Counted from the first letter of the stretch, positions 8,889 through 19,628 are shown. The stretch is DNA of 64,000 nt from an uncultured delta proteobacterium (GCA_963782055.1 CAWAIF010000003.1:2496001-2560000), one strand, 5' to 3'. Notes: generated by a model not told the origin, from the sequence alone. Numbers and translations are program-made.

Positions 8889-10441
8889 GAGGCACCTCCC
8901 TTCGAGCCCGCGCGGCCCAAGGGCAAGCCGAGCTGGTGAGGCTGTCGCCCGCGCGGTTGCGCCACTGCGGCACGGAGGCGTGCGCCTCCGCGCCTCCGGG
9001 CGCTCAACGCCTGCAGAGCGTGCTTGACGCCGGCGACGGACAAGGTGCCGGAGCGGACCGCGCGCCCCATCGCGTCGCGCAAGACGTCGTCACCGTACTG
9101 CTCGAGCAGCGCGTAGAGGTCCTCGACGCGACGGCTGGCGAGCTTCGGCTCGCGGTGGGTGATCTCGGTGAGCAGCGCGAGGGCATCGGAGCCGAGGTTG
9201 AGCAGCTGCTGGCGCTTCTCGTAGAGCTTGGCGCGCTTGCCGTGGACGGCGGCGATCTTGGCGGCGCGATGCTCTGGCAGCGGCGCGGGTGGCTCGCCCT
9301 TGCGCCTTCGGCGGTGCCACGCCTCGAAGCGGCCGGCGACGATGTGCAGGCGCTCCTCGTAGAGGAAGAGGGTGCCGGCGACATGCGTCGCCTGCGGCGG
9401 CATCGAGTACGGCACGCCCTCGAACATCACCTCGGCGGTGGGGCCCACGAAGACGGGGACGCGCAGGGCGAGCTTTTCCGGAAAGACCTTGACGGGGCGC
9501 AGGCGCGCGAGCTCCTCCTGGCGCCGTGTTTCCGGAATCTCGCCGGTGGCGCGCGAAGGCGTCCTGGTGTTGATCTCGACCTGCCACGCGGCGAGCTGCG
9601 CCTCGAGATCGGCTTCGTCCTGGAACTTGCGGTGCTTGAAGAAGGAGCTCTTCACCCAGCCGACGAGCCGCTCGACCGAGCCCTTCTGGTTGCCGCTGCG
9701 CGGCGCGCACATCTCCACGCCGACGCCGATGTCCACGATGGCCTGCGCGAAGGTGGCGTTGAACTCCTCGACGTCGCGCCCCTTGCCGGACTTCTTCACG
9801 ATGGTCCTGGGGCGGTCGAAGACGGCCATCAGGGGCAACCCGCCGAAGGCGACGAAGTGGCGCGCCAGGCAGCGCACAACCGTCTCGACGCGCTCGTTGT
9901 CGACGAGGGAGACGGCGACGAAGCGCGAGTACTTCAGGCGCGAGGCGAAGAAGTGGAACCGCTTCTTGCGGCCGCCGACGAACGTGACGTCGACGTGGCC
10001 GAAGTCGTGCTGCGAGAACTCGCCGGGCAGGCCCTCGAAGCGCACGACGGGGGCGGCGCGGGGTGGGCGGACGCCGGCGACCAGGGCGTAGAAGGCCGAC
10101 TTGTGTCCCGCGTACCCCGCCTGCGTCGCGCGACGCAGCAGCTCCTGGGTCGGAAGCTCGGGCTCCTCGGCGAGCCACGTGCGAACGCGCTCGGCGAAGG
10201 GCGTGGCTTTCGACGGCCGGCCGATGCCACGACCCACACGCGCCGCGGCGTCATCGACGACCGCCACCTCCTCCTCGCGCCTGACGCGGTCAACAGTCGC
10301 GACCGACGTACCCGTGCGCTCGGCAACGTCCTTGCGGGTGTGCCCCGCGTGAAGCAAGACCTGGATTTCGTGGCGCTTGAGCAGAGGCAGCATCTCCTCC
10401 GCATGCACCCGCCTGTGAGCCATCACCGGGGATTCCATCAT
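8885..10441 (-). CDS. istA: IS21 transposase IstA
   Basis: RFEGLPGEFSQHDFG, VFDRPRT and KGSVERLVG DDE signature. Confidence 0.95.
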   Translation of the reverse strand: MMESPVMAHRRVHAEEMLPLLKRHEIQVLLHAGHTRKDVAERTGTSVATVDRVRREEEVAVVDDAAARVGRGIGRPSKATPFAERVRTWLAEEPELPTQELLRRATQAGYAGHKSAFYALVAGVRPPRAAPVVRFEGLPGEFSQHDFGHVDVTFVGGRKKRFHFFASRLKYSRFVAVSLVDNERVETVVRCLARHFVAFGGLPLMAVFDRPRTIVKKSGKGRDVEEFNATFAQAIVDIGVGVEMCAPRSGNQKGSVERLVGWVKSSFFKHRKFQDEADLEAQLAAWQVEINTRTPSRATGEIPETRRQEELARLRPVKVFPEKLALRVPVFVGPTAEVMFEGVPYSMPPQATHVAGTLFLYEERLHIVAGRFEAWHRRRRKGEPPAPLPEHRAAKIAAVHGKRAKLYEKRQQLLNLGSDALALLTEITHREPKLASRRVEDLYALLEQYGDDVLRDAMGRAVRSGTLSVAGVKHALQALSARRRGGARLRAAVAQPRGRQPHQLGLPLGRAGSKGGAS

Positions 10442-10510
10442 GAGGTGCCTCTCTTCCGGGAGCCCTCAGATTTTCCGGAATGGGTGCCCTCAGATTTTCC
10501 GGAACCATCA

Positions 10511-11096
10511 TCTGTCGCTGGCGGCCCGCATCGCGGATCTTCGGGCCGTACATCACGTCGCTCATCCAGAGGTCGCCGGCGCTCTCGTGCTCGAAGCGAC
10601 GCCGGTCTTTGCTCGTCGGCTCCTCGGGCTGCTTCTTCATGAGCCCGCGGCGCGCGAGCACGCGGTGCACCGTCGACTCGGGGAGCGCGACCTCGTCGGT
10701 GACGACGTGGGCGTGGTCGGCGCGTGCGACCTTGATCAGCGCGGGGATCGAGAGCTCGGGCGAGTCCTCCTTCATCTGGCAGAGCAGGTCGACGACGTGC
10801 ATCGGGATCGACCGCGTGCTGCCCTGGTCGGCTCGCACGCGCGGCGCCAGCGCATCGAAGCCACCTTGGCGGTAGGCACGGAGCCAGCCGCGCATCGTCT
10901 CCGGCGCGACGTGCCGGCGCAGCGAGCCGGGGATCGTGTAGTCGAGCTCGGCCTTCTTTGCGAGCAGCGCATAGAGGCCGCGGTGGTGCGGCTCGAGGTG
11001 CACGAGGTCGGCGATGACGCCGTAGCGGAAGAGCGCGATCTCGCGCCGGCGCTCGTCGATCTCGGGTGTCGGTGTGTCGTGGGAATCGGTGTGCAT
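10511..11096 (-). pseudogene. DDE (rve/Mu-like) transposase, 5' half, interrupted by IS21
   Basis: IALFRYGVIADL...RRRFEHESAGDLWMSDVMYGP. Joined to 24742-25535 it gives an in-frame 459-aa protein (...RQRQ|TYLIAFIDD). Confidence 0.9.
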
Positions 11097-11214
11097 GGCG
11101 GATGCCTTCGGTGCGCTCGCCCGAACCCTTTCCGAGCGGCGTGCCGGCAAGCTCGGCGAGATCGCCGCCGGCAGCCGGCACCCTTTCGTGTGGGCCGGCC
11201 GCGGCGACCCCCGG

Positions 11215-11865
11215 TCACCCGGTCGCCCGCGTGCGCAATCCGAGAGGGACGGGCAACGCACCGAGGTGCCGCTCGCCGAGCTCGCGCAGCACGACGAGCA
11301 CGCGATGGCACCCGAGCGCCTCGCGGAAGGCGGCGAGCGTCGGCCTGACGCCTGCGAACCGCTCGGGCATCAGCGTCGCGATCGCGAGCAGCGCGGCGCG
11401 CACCGCCGATGCCCGCCGACGGATTGACCTCAGCGCGCACACGAGCCCGACGGCGTCGTCGGCGTCCGGCGGGTGCACCGCGTCCACCGCCGCCGCGACA
11501 CCGCCGGCGGCCTCCACCGCGGTGACGACGTCTTCGACCGCGGCGAGCGTGCCGGAGAGCCGCGCCGCGAGGAACGACGGCAAGAGGCTGATCGACGCCC
11601 GCTGCTTGGGGCACCACCAGCGCGCGACGCGCACGCCTGCGGGCTCGACGCGGGGGTAGCTCCCGAGCTTCTCGAGGCCGCAACCGCCCTCCGGGTGGAA
11701 CGGGCAGCTGTCGAGAATTGCGCTTTCCCACGCACGTTGAGTAACGTAGCCCTCGTCGGAGAGCGGGCATTTCCACAGAACTTGCACGGCGCTGACACGA
11801 GCCCGCACGTGGTCCAGACGTGCGGGCTCACTCCTTTTGTCCGACGCATGCTCGCGCGCCGGCAC
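11215..11865 (-). CDS. Transposon-associated Cys-containing protein (first ORF of the rve/ExeA element)
   Basis: CPFHPEGGCG...GSYPR...RWWCPK...SLLPSFLA, located between the element end and the transposase. Start uncertain. Confidence 0.7.
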   Translation of the reverse strand: MPAREHASDKRSEPARLDHVRARVSAVQVLWKCPLSDEGYVTQRAWESAILDSCPFHPEGGCGLEKLGSYPRVEPAGVRVARWWCPKQRASISLLPSFLAARLSGTLAAVEDVVTAVEAAGGVAAAVDAVHPPDADDAVGLVCALRSIRRRASAVRAALLAIATLMPERFAGVRPTLAAFREALGCHRVLVVLRELGERHLGALPVPLGLRTRATG

Positions 11866-12008
11866 GTCTCACCACGAATTCCTGGTGATCGCCGCCGGCC
11901 TGCGCCGCGTCTCAGGTGCCGGACTGCGCCAACGTCTCAGGAGATTGAACGGGCGCAGAGACCGGGAGAGACCAAGCGGGGGATCACGAGGGAAGGCGAG
12001 GCCCAACA

Positions 12009-12986
12009 CTCGCGCTCCGCCAGCATCCAGCCGACGACGTAGCGGCTGTAGATGTCGAGGACGACGTACAGGTAGTAGTAGACCCACTTGCTCGGGCCGA
12101 GCAGCTTGGTGATGTCCCAGCTCCAGACCTGGTTGGGGCCGGTCGCGAGCAGCTGCGGCGCCGCGTAGTGCGGATGCCGCAGCTGGTTTCGGCGCTCGCG
12201 CACCTCGGCGTTCTCCGCGAGGATGCGGTACATCGTGCGCACCGAGCAGAGGTAGCGGCCCTCCTCCAGCAGCGTGGCGTGCACCTCCGGCGGCGCGAGG
12301 TCCGCGAAGCGAGGCTCGTGCAGCACGTCGAGCACCTGCTGGCGCTCGGTATCGGGCAGGCGTCGTGGCGGCGAGGATCGACGCGGCCGTGGTCCCAGCA
12401 CGGGCGCCCGCTTGCGGTAGTAGGTGGCGCGCGGCACGCCCAGGGCCCGGCACGTCTCGCTGACGCCGTGGCGGGGCCCCATCTCGATGGCGAGGCTCAC
12501 GACCTCTTCTCGTCCTCGGGCTCCGGCAGCGCGATGCCCAGAATTTCCGAGATTTTTTTTGGAGCTCCACGAGCGCCTCGGCCCGCTCGGCGCGCTTGGT
12601 GAGCTGGCGGACCTTCCGCTCCAGCTCGGCCACCTTGCGGTCCTCGGCGGTAACCTTCTCCTTCGGTCCTCGCTTCTTGGCTTCGAGCGCTGCGCGGACC
12701 TCCTCGCGCCAGGCCGTCAGGTGCGAGGAGTACAGCCCCTCTCGCCGCAGCAGCGCGGTGACGGCGCCTCGCTTCTCCGCGCAAGCATCCGCCTCACGCA
12801 GGATCTTCTCCTTGTACCTGTCGGTGAAAACCCGCCGCGTGGCCTTCGACGACACCTCGACCTCCTGCTTCGTGCCCGGTGTCGAAGACATCATGGATTC
12901 CATCGGTCATGCCAGTCCTCGCCCTGCAGGTTGGGTCAGAAATCTCGGAGGGGGCGGCTGTCTCACCCACGTTGGCACGCAGGGCA
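12009..12986 (-). mobile_element. IS3-family element, left part (orfA plus 5' orfB), interrupted by the rve/ExeA transposon
   Basis: OrfA (RRVFTDRYKEKILREAD, LLRREGLYSSHL), A8 slippery site at about 12553-12560, and OrfB (PNQVWSWDITKL). Terminal IR GGCTGTCTCAC..CGTTG.CA matches 27018-27046. Confidence 0.9.
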
Positions 12987-13302
12987 GGCCGAGCCTTCCG
13001 CCGGTGCAGAAGTCGTTGGCTCCGACCAGCCAGGAAGCCGGGACCTGGCCGAAGCTGCCCAGGCCTCCGGCGTTCCATACCGCGCTCGTCTCCTGCGTGC
13101 GGATGCCAGCGCCCCCGCCGCCGCAGTTGCCGCCGGGCGTCGAGACGACCCGCTCCGGCAAGAGCGTCGTGGTGAGCGGCGCGCTGGAGGAGCCCACGGC
13201 CTCGACCGAGCTCGTGGACGAGCAGCCCGCCGCTGCGACCGACACCGCTGCGAACGCCGCGCAGACACTGACCCAACGGCTCACCACAATGGTTCGTCTC
13301 AT
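12987..13302 (-). pseudogene. Lipoprotein gene 5' fragment truncated by IS3; resembles the N-terminus of the 40.5-kb protein
   Basis: SD GGAGGTG then ATG; lipobox AAAGC; SSTSSVEAVGSSSAPLT and CGGGGA also seen in the 40501 ORF. Confidence 0.7.
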
Positions 13303-13482
13303 GATCACCTCCGCGACCGTTCCGGGGCCGTCCGTCTGGCGGCGACGCTGACCGTGCCCCGCATGGGCCGCCTCGCACATTCCCCGCGCGGGGGAACACG
13401 TGTCCCCCGCGCGGGGGATCCCGCGGGAGAAGCGCGGCGATCCTGACGGCCTACGGGCGGCGGAAAATCGGCGCGGACGATC

Positions 13483-14634
13483 TCAACTAGCCGCGCGCAG
13501 CTCGATCCGCGTGACCTCCGCCGGCGCGCCGACGCGCATCGGCGGGCCCCAGTAGCCGGTGCCCTTGCTCACGTAGATGGTGGTGCCGTGGTCCTGGTGC
13601 AGGCCGGCGACGTGCGGCTGGTCCAGCCGGACCAGGTAGCCCCACGGCCAGATCTGCCCGCCGTGGGTGTGCCCGGAGAGCTGCAGGTCCACGTCGTGGG
13701 CGATGGCCTCGCCGATGGTCTTCGGCTGGTGCGCCATGAGCACCACCGCGCGCGCGGGGTCGCGGCCATCCATGGCGCGCGGGACGTCCTCGCCGTGGCC
13801 GTGGCCGAACTGCTTCGCGCTGTGGTCGTCGACGCCGGCGAGGTCGAAGCCCGCGTCGCCGCCGATCGGCAGGCGTTCGTTGCGGAGTACACGGATCCCC
13901 AGCGTGCGCAGGTGGGCGATCCACGCGTCGACGCCGGAGTAGTACTCGTGGTTGCCGGTGACGAAGTAGACGCCGTCCTTCGCGCGCAGATCGCGCAGGG
14001 GCTCGACGAGCGGACCGAGCTCCTCCACCGAGCCGTCCACCAGGTCCCCGGTGATGCAGATCATGTCGGCGTTCTGCGCGTTGGCGATCTGGACGATCTC
14101 CTCGACGAAGTCCTTGCCGATGGTGGGCCCCACGTGCACGTCGGTGAGCTGGACGATGGTGTAGCCGTCGAGCGCCTTCGGGAAGCGACGCAGCGGGACG
14201 CGCACGCGGGCGACGCCGACCCGCTTGAGCACGTTGGCGACGCCCACGCCGCCGAGCACCACGCCGACCAGGCCCGCGCCGCCGGCGAGGATGCGCGCGA
14301 GGGCGAGGCGCCGCTCCGGGTCGAAGCCACCGAGGCGCGCGGCGGCGCGGACGAGCTCCATCGGCACGAGGGTGAAGAAGAGGATGGCCATCAGGCCCAT
14401 CCAGGTGAAGGCGACCCACGCGATGGGCGTCTCCACGCTGCGCGGCACCACGCGCATGACGGGCATGGCGACCGCCATCAGCACGCCCAGCACCACGATG
14501 GCCCAGGTGGCGAGGCGCGCGTAGCTGGCGGGGAGCGCGGCGTCGCGGACCAGGCGCACCCAGAGGTAGTAGTGGATGCCGAAGGTCACCCCCAGCACCA
14601 CGGCGAGAAAGAGGATCATCCGCCCTACGGGCAT
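13483..14634 (-). CDS. Membrane-bound metallophosphoesterase (YkuE-like)
   Basis: TM helices plus DVHVG, TGDLVD, GNHEYY and SGHTHGGQ motifs. Confidence 0.95.
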   Translation of the reverse strand: MPVGRMILFLAVVLGVTFGIHYYLWVRLVRDAALPASYARLATWAIVVLGVLMAVAMPVMRVVPRSVETPIAWVAFTWMGLMAILFFTLVPMELVRAAARLGGFDPERRLALARILAGGAGLVGVVLGGVGVANVLKRVGVARVRVPLRRFPKALDGYTIVQLTDVHVGPTIGKDFVEEIVQIANAQNADMICITGDLVDGSVEELGPLVEPLRDLRAKDGVYFVTGNHEYYSGVDAWIAHLRTLGIRVLRNERLPIGGDAGFDLAGVDDHSAKQFGHGHGEDVPRAMDGRDPARAVVLMAHQPKTIGEAIAHDVDLQLSGHTHGGQIWPWGYLVRLDQPHVAGLHQDHGTTIYVSKGTGYWGPPMRVGAPAEVTRIELRAAS

Positions 14635-14697
14635 GGCTGATTGGATGCCATCTCGGGCGGCGGCGGCTCGTGAAGAATCATCAAGGAGCCGCCACCG

Positions 14698-16517
14698 TCA
14701 CGAGGATACGGGGCGGGACGCCTTGCGGTGGCCGCGCGGACGCTTCCCCGCGGCGGCGAGCATCTCCTCCAGCGTGGTCACCTGATCGCTCGCCGAGAGC
14801 GGCGCGGGGGTCTCGTCCTGCTCCACCTCCGGCAACAGGGGCGAGCTGGCGGGACCCTTCGCCGCGATCTCCCAGCGTGCGGCGAGCTCGGTCGCGATGC
14901 GGGCGATGAGGGGGCGGGTGGTCTCGCGCTTCGTGGCGACGAGGAAGACCGCCTGCGGGTGGGCCCGGCGCAGGGCACCGAGCTCCGCCTTCTGGAGCAG
15001 ATCGCACTTGTTGAAGACGAGCACCAGCGGGAGGCGGTCGAGCGACAGAATCCTCCAGGACCTTGTGCGTCGTGGCCATGTGCTCGTCCTTGGCCGCGTC
15101 GCTCGCGTCCACCACGTGCAGGAGAAGGTCTGCGTCGGCGGCCTCCTCGAAGGTGGCGCGGAAGGCGGCGAAGAGGTCCTTGGGCAGGTCCCGGATGAAG
15201 CCGACGGTGTCGGTGACGACCACCTCGCGATCGCCGTAGCCCGCCCAGCCGACGCGCAGGGTGCGCGAGCGGGTGTCCAGCGTGGCGAAGAGCTTGTTCT
15301 CGGCGAGCACCGTGGCGCCGGTCATCGTGTTGAGCAGGGTGCTCTTGCCGGCGTTGGTGTACCCGACGATGGCGACCGTCGGCACCTCGCCGCGCGTGCG
15401 CTTGCGACGCCGCTGCGCGCGCTGCTTCGCCAGCTCCTTGAGCTGCGACTCCAGGTGCGACACCTTCTCCTTGGCACGCCGGCGGCCGATCTCCAGCTTC
15501 GTCTCGCCGGGGCCGCGCCCGCCGATGCCGCCGGTGAGGCGGGAGAGGGCGTCGTCCTTCTGCGCGAGGCGCGGGAGGCTGTACTTGAGCTGCGCCAGCT
15601 CCACCTGCAGCTTGCCGTCCCGGCTCTCCGCGCGCTGCGCGAAGATGTCCAGGATGAGCTGCGAGCGATCGATGACCTTCAGGTCGCTCTGCTTGGCGAT
15701 GGCGGAGGCCTGCGCGGGGCTCAGGTTGCGGTCGAAGATGAGGGTCTCGGCGTCCAGCTCGGCGGCGCGCAGGATGACGTCGTTCAGCTTGCCCTGGCCC
15801 ATCACCGTCTTCGGGTCGACGCGCTCGCGGACCTGGATGATGGTGTCGGCCACCTCGACGCCGGCGGTGCGGGCGAGCTCGCGCAGCTCGCGCACGCTCT
15901 CCTCCGCGCGCGCCAGGGCGCCGGCGCCGCTCGTCTTGGCGGCGACGTGCACCAGGATGGCGCGGCCGTCCTTGGCCCGGACCTCCCGCGCGCGCGACTG
16001 CCGGGCGAACTCGCTCTCCAGGTCGCTCATCAGCCGCAGGACGTCCACCTCCGCGCGGGCGATGGGGACCGGGCCGGTGATCTGGTAAGGCGGCTTGCCG
16101 GGCACGTTGTGCGCCCACTGCACGAAGCGCGGCTCCCCGTCGTGAGCGATCTCGGATCGCGGCGACGAGATCGAGGCGCAGGCGGACCAGGTCGATGAGA
16201 TCGTCCTGCGTGAGCGGCTCGCCGCGCACGTGGGTGTGGATCAGCCGCACGCCGCGGAAGCGGCCCTCCGCGGCGCGCAGGCGGCCGATGTCGGGGAGCA
16301 CCAGCTTCCCGGCGTCGCCCACGACGACGTAGTCCACCTGCCCGGAGCGGTGCACCAGCGCGCCCACCTGCCGGCCCGCCTCGCGCGAGGCGTCGACCAG
16401 CGAGCGCACCAGCTCGGGCGTCATGAGCTTGTCGCCGGGGACGCGGCGCCGGTAGATGCGCTCCAGCGTCTTGATGGCGGAGGGAGAGAGGCCGGTCTTG
16501 TTGCCGTAGATCTCGAT
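14698..16517 (-). CDS. hflX: GTPase HflX (long N-terminal type) with two apparent +1 frameshifts (about 16154 and 15049) and an ATC start
   Basis: IYGNKTGL N-terminus, [34 protein letters not shown] and NKCD lie in three successive frames. Confidence 0.88.
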
Positions 16518-16538
16518 GGCGGGAGCTCCTCCCGGAGC

Positions 16539-17837
16539 CTACTGCGTGGGGCCGCAGGTCGCGCCCGAAGCGGGGATGGCCCAGTTCAGGAGGTTGCGCT
16601 TCGGATAGTACATGCTGAAGCCGAAGCACATCTCGTCCTCGGTGTTCACCCCGAACTTCACCGCGGTGTCCTTCGGGTTCTGCCACACGCACCGAGTGGT
16701 CGCCACGTCGCCCGCCTGGAGCGTCGCGTCGACCGGCCGCCAGTGCTGGTAGTCGAAGTTGAAGTTGGGGTCGGTGCCCAGATCGATCGGCCCGCCACCC
16801 TGCGCGGGCGCCAGCGTGGTGGAGATGGAGAGGCCGATCTGGTGCATGTGGGGGAAGCCGGAGAAGACGTGCACGCCCGCCAGGTTGGCGTCGACGGTGT
16901 ACTTGCAGGACCAGTCCAGCGTGGCGTGGGGCGGCACGGTGAACTTCATCGACCCGAAGGCGAAGACGTCGGCGTCGTTGGGGCGGAGCTGGTCGGTGGT
17001 GCAGAGGTCGAAGCCGGTCTTGTCCTGCTCGCCGGCGAGGTGGTTGATGTTGTTGTAGTGGACCTGCACCACGTAGTGGGTGGTCCCCTCCTGCGGGAAG
17101 CCGGCCTCCGGCGGCAGCACGAGCGTGGCACCACCGGGCGCCCACGCGTAGACGACGGTCCAGCCGATGTCGCCGAAGTCGTTGTCGCAGATGCGCGGCG
17201 TGCCGTCGTAGCTGGTGGGGCCCTGCGACTGGAAGAGCAGGATGTGGTGGACGATCGTCTTGTCGTCGACGTGCGGCGCGATCTGGATGACCTGCCGCTT
17301 CTGCGCCGGCGTCACGTCGAAGCCGTAGCAGACGTAGTCGTTGGCGTCGGCCTGGGGCATCGTCCAGGCGCTGGTGGGGGCGATGTGGGTGTCCGGGGTG
17401 CAGGCGTTGGGGTCCGCCGCGTCGGCGCCCGCGTCGTCGTTGCCGCCGCCGCAGGTGTCGCCGGCGGACCGCGCCGGGGCGCCGGCCGCGATCCAGTCGT
17501 CGAGGACGGTCGTGTCCTGCGGCGAGAGGCGCGGGTTGGGCGGCTGCGGCATCGGCGCCTTGTCGTCGTGGATGCGCGCGCCCATCATCTGGTAGACGGG
17601 CGTCTTGCCGTCGGAGTGCGCGAGGGCGTGCACGTCCTCCCAGTTCACCAGCGGCATGGGCGCGCCGTAGACGGGCGGGGCCTGGTGGCACGTGCGGCAG
17701 TTGCGTGCGAGCACGTCATCGACGGCGCAGGGCAGCGGCGTGCCGCTCGATGTGGACGTGCCCCCGCAGGCGGGGGCGAGGGCGCTGCCGGCCCCCAGCG
17801 CAGCGAGGACGAGAAACCAGGGCCGAGGCAAATGCAC
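16539..17837 (-). CDS. Copper type II ascorbate-dependent monooxygenase-like lipoprotein with an N-terminal CxxCH
   Basis: Lipobox LAPAC, CRTCH, IVHHILL, QVHYNN, FPHMHQIG and EDEMC (PHM/DBH copper ligands). Confidence 0.85.
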   Translation of the reverse strand: MHLPRPWFLVLAALGAGSALAPACGGTSTSSGTPLPCAVDDVLARNCRTCHQAPPVYGAPMPLVNWEDVHALAHSDGKTPVYQMMGARIHDDKAPMPQPPNPRLSPQDTTVLDDWIAAGAPARSAGDTCGGGNDDAGADAADPNACTPDTHIAPTSAWTMPQADANDYVCYGFDVTPAQKRQVIQIAPHVDDKTIVHHILLFQSQGPTSYDGTPRICDNDFGDIGWTVVYAWAPGGATLVLPPEAGFPQEGTTHYVVQVHYNNINHLAGEQDKTGFDLCTTDQLRPNDADVFAFGSMKFTVPPHATLDWSCKYTVDANLAGVHVFSGFPHMHQIGLSISTTLAPAQGGGPIDLGTDPNFNFDYQHWRPVDATLQAGDVATTRCVWQNPKDTAVKFGVNTEDEMCFGFSMYYPKRNLLNWAIPASGATCGPTQ

Positions 17838-17884
17838 GCCTCATCTTCGCACGGGTCGGCTCGGCTTGCCGTCGTAAACCGCGC

Positions 17885-18448
17885 TTACTTGTTGACCCGC
17901 TCCAGATAGGCGCCGGTGCTGGTGTCCACCTTGACCCACTCCCCCTCCTTGATGAAGAGCGGGACGTTGACGGTGGCGCCCGTGGACAGGGTCGCGGGCT
18001 TGGTCGCACCGCTGGCGGTGTCGCCCTTGATTCCGGGCTCGCTGGAGGAGATCTGCAGCACGACCGTGGGGGGCATGTCGACGCCGATGGGGTTGCCGTT
18101 GAAGAGGGTGACCTCCAGCTCCATGCCCTCCGCCAGCCAGCGGGCGTCGTCGCCGACCTTGTCGCGCTCCACGTTGAGCTGATCGCCGGTGCTGGTGTCC
18201 ATGAAGACGAAGGAGTCCGCCTCCGCCCAGGAGTACGTCATCTTCCGCTCCTCGACGTCGGCCAGCTCCACCGACTCGCCGCTCTTCCACGTGCGCTCGA
18301 TCACGTTGCCGTTGAGCAGGTTGCGGATGCGGCACCGGGTGAACGCCTGGCCCTTGCCGGGCTTGACGAACTGGTGCTCGACGACGTGGTACGGCACGCC
18401 GTCGAGCTGGAGGCGGAGGCCCTTGCGGATGTCGGTCGTGGTCGCCAT
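17885..18448 (-). CDS. efp: Elongation factor P
   Basis: FVKPGKGQAF, PGIKGDTASG..KPATLSTG..VNVPLFI. Confidence 0.98.
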   Translation of the reverse strand: MATTTDIRKGLRLQLDGVPYHVVEHQFVKPGKGQAFTRCRIRNLLNGNVIERTWKSGESVELADVEERKMTYSWAEADSFVFMDTSTGDQLNVERDKVGDDARWLAEGMELEVTLFNGNPIGVDMPPTVVLQISSSEPGIKGDTASGATKPATLSTGATVNVPLFIKEGEWVKVDTSTGAYLERVNK

Positions 18449-18513
18449 GGCGCGGCGTCAGGTAGCACGGCGGTGAGGGGGCCGGCAAGACCGCCGCTGT
18501 CCCGGGGAGCGGC

Positions 18514-18552
18514 GGGGCCCTCCCCGCGCGGGCCATCCGCTACGCGTCGGGC
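18514..18552. repeat. Partial copy of an intergenic REP-like repeat
   Basis: GGGGCCCTCCCCGCGCGGGCCATCCGCTACGCGTCGGG resembles 56262-56300. Confidence 0.55.
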
Positions 18553-18614
18553 GCGCCACCCGCGAGAGAAGCCCCGCGTGGCGGATTTTCCGGTCTTCGG
18601 GTATTGCAGACTGC

Positions 18615-19475
18615 ATGCACGAGGTCGACGACGAGCTCCGCGACATCAAGCGCGAGATCATCGAGTCGCGCGGGCTCGTCATCAAGACGAACAACCTGAC
18701 GAACGCGCTCAGCGCCGACATCAAGTCCATCGCCAAGCGGCAGCAAGGCTACGAGCGGCGCATCTCCTGGAACAGCGCCACGGCCTACATCGTCTTCGTC
18801 CTGGTGGTGTTCACGGCGCTCAAGTTCGCCTGGGACGCGCGCGTCGACGCCATCCGCGCCGAGACGGACCAGAAGACCGCCGAGAACGAGCGGCTGCGCA
18901 AGGACTCGCGGGAGGAGGAGAAGCGCGACGAGGACCGCGCCCGCGCCGAGCAGAAGGCGGCGCAGTTCTACGAGCTGGTGCGACAGGGCAAGCGGGTGGA
19001 GCTGGTGGACGGCTACGACGCCATCCAGAAGGAGCCGCTCACCAAGGCGGAGCAGGCGGTCTTCGCCGACGCGGTGGAGAAGGCGCGCAACGAGCTCGCC
19101 GCGCAGCTCTACCAGCAGGGGCTGGACAAGGCGCGCGTCCAGCGCTGGCAGGAGGCGGCGACGGCGTTCGAGGAGTCGCTCAAGTACAAGAGCACCTCCG
19201 CCATCGCGCCCAACGTGCGACTGGGCCTCGCGAGCGCCTACCGCCACCTGGGCCGCCCGCGCGACGCCATCCCGCTGCTCACCGCGCTGTCCGACACCTC
19301 GCAGGACAAGGAGATCCAGGACGACGCGCTCTACACGCTCGCCTACTGCCAGATGGACATCCAGGCCTGGAACGAGGCGAAGAACACCTGGCGCGCGCTC
19401 ATCCACCGCTTCCCCGACTCGCACTTCACCCCGGAGGCGAAGCTCCAGCTCGCCCAGCTCCAGGTGATGCACTGA
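18615..19475 (+). CDS. Coiled-coil/TM/TPR protein (CpoB/YbgF-like C-terminus)
   Basis: TM helix, coiled coil and TPR repeats ending WRALIHRFPDS. Confidence 0.85.
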   Translation: MHEVDDELRDIKREIIESRGLVIKTNNLTNALSADIKSIAKRQQGYERRISWNSATAYIVFVLVVFTALKFAWDARVDAIRAETDQKTAENERLRKDSREEEKRDEDRARAEQKAAQFYELVRQGKRVELVDGYDAIQKEPLTKAEQAVFADAVEKARNELAAQLYQQGLDKARVQRWQEAATAFEESLKYKSTSAIAPNVRLGLASAYRHLGRPRDAIPLLTALSDTSQDKEIQDDALYTLAYCQMDIQAWNEAKNTWRALIHRFPDSHFTPEAKLQLAQLQVMH

Positions 19476-19628
19476 GCGGTGTCCAGGAGTCGAGGCGTGC
19501 GACGGAGCCGCACTGCCGCGGGATAGGCTCGGCTCGGCCGAGAGGGCGCCCCACGGAGGCGCGGACGTTGGCGACGACCCGGACGGCGTTGATGGGCGCC
19601 AGGCGATCCGGCGGCTCCCGCGGACCTA

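Larger units (their letters stand above)
8076..10510 (-). mobile_element. IS21-family insertion sequence, copy 1 (2435 bp)
   Basis: TG...CA ends with repeated TTCCGGAAAATCTGAGG motifs; istA-istB; near-identical inverted copy at 22302-24736. Confidence 0.97.
10511..12008 (-). mobile_element. Three-gene Mu/rve-integrase plus ExeA-ATPase transposon, left part
   Basis: End TGTTG at 12008 flanked by GCGAG. The matching end CAACA at 26513 is followed by GCGAG (5-bp duplication). Confidence 0.88.

Noticed and set aside
13380..13430. GC-rich palindromes (CCCCGCGCGGGGG twice) as CRISPR repeat or ncRNA
   Set aside because: Only two short adjacent units with no spacer-length separation; most likely a terminator or REP hairpin.
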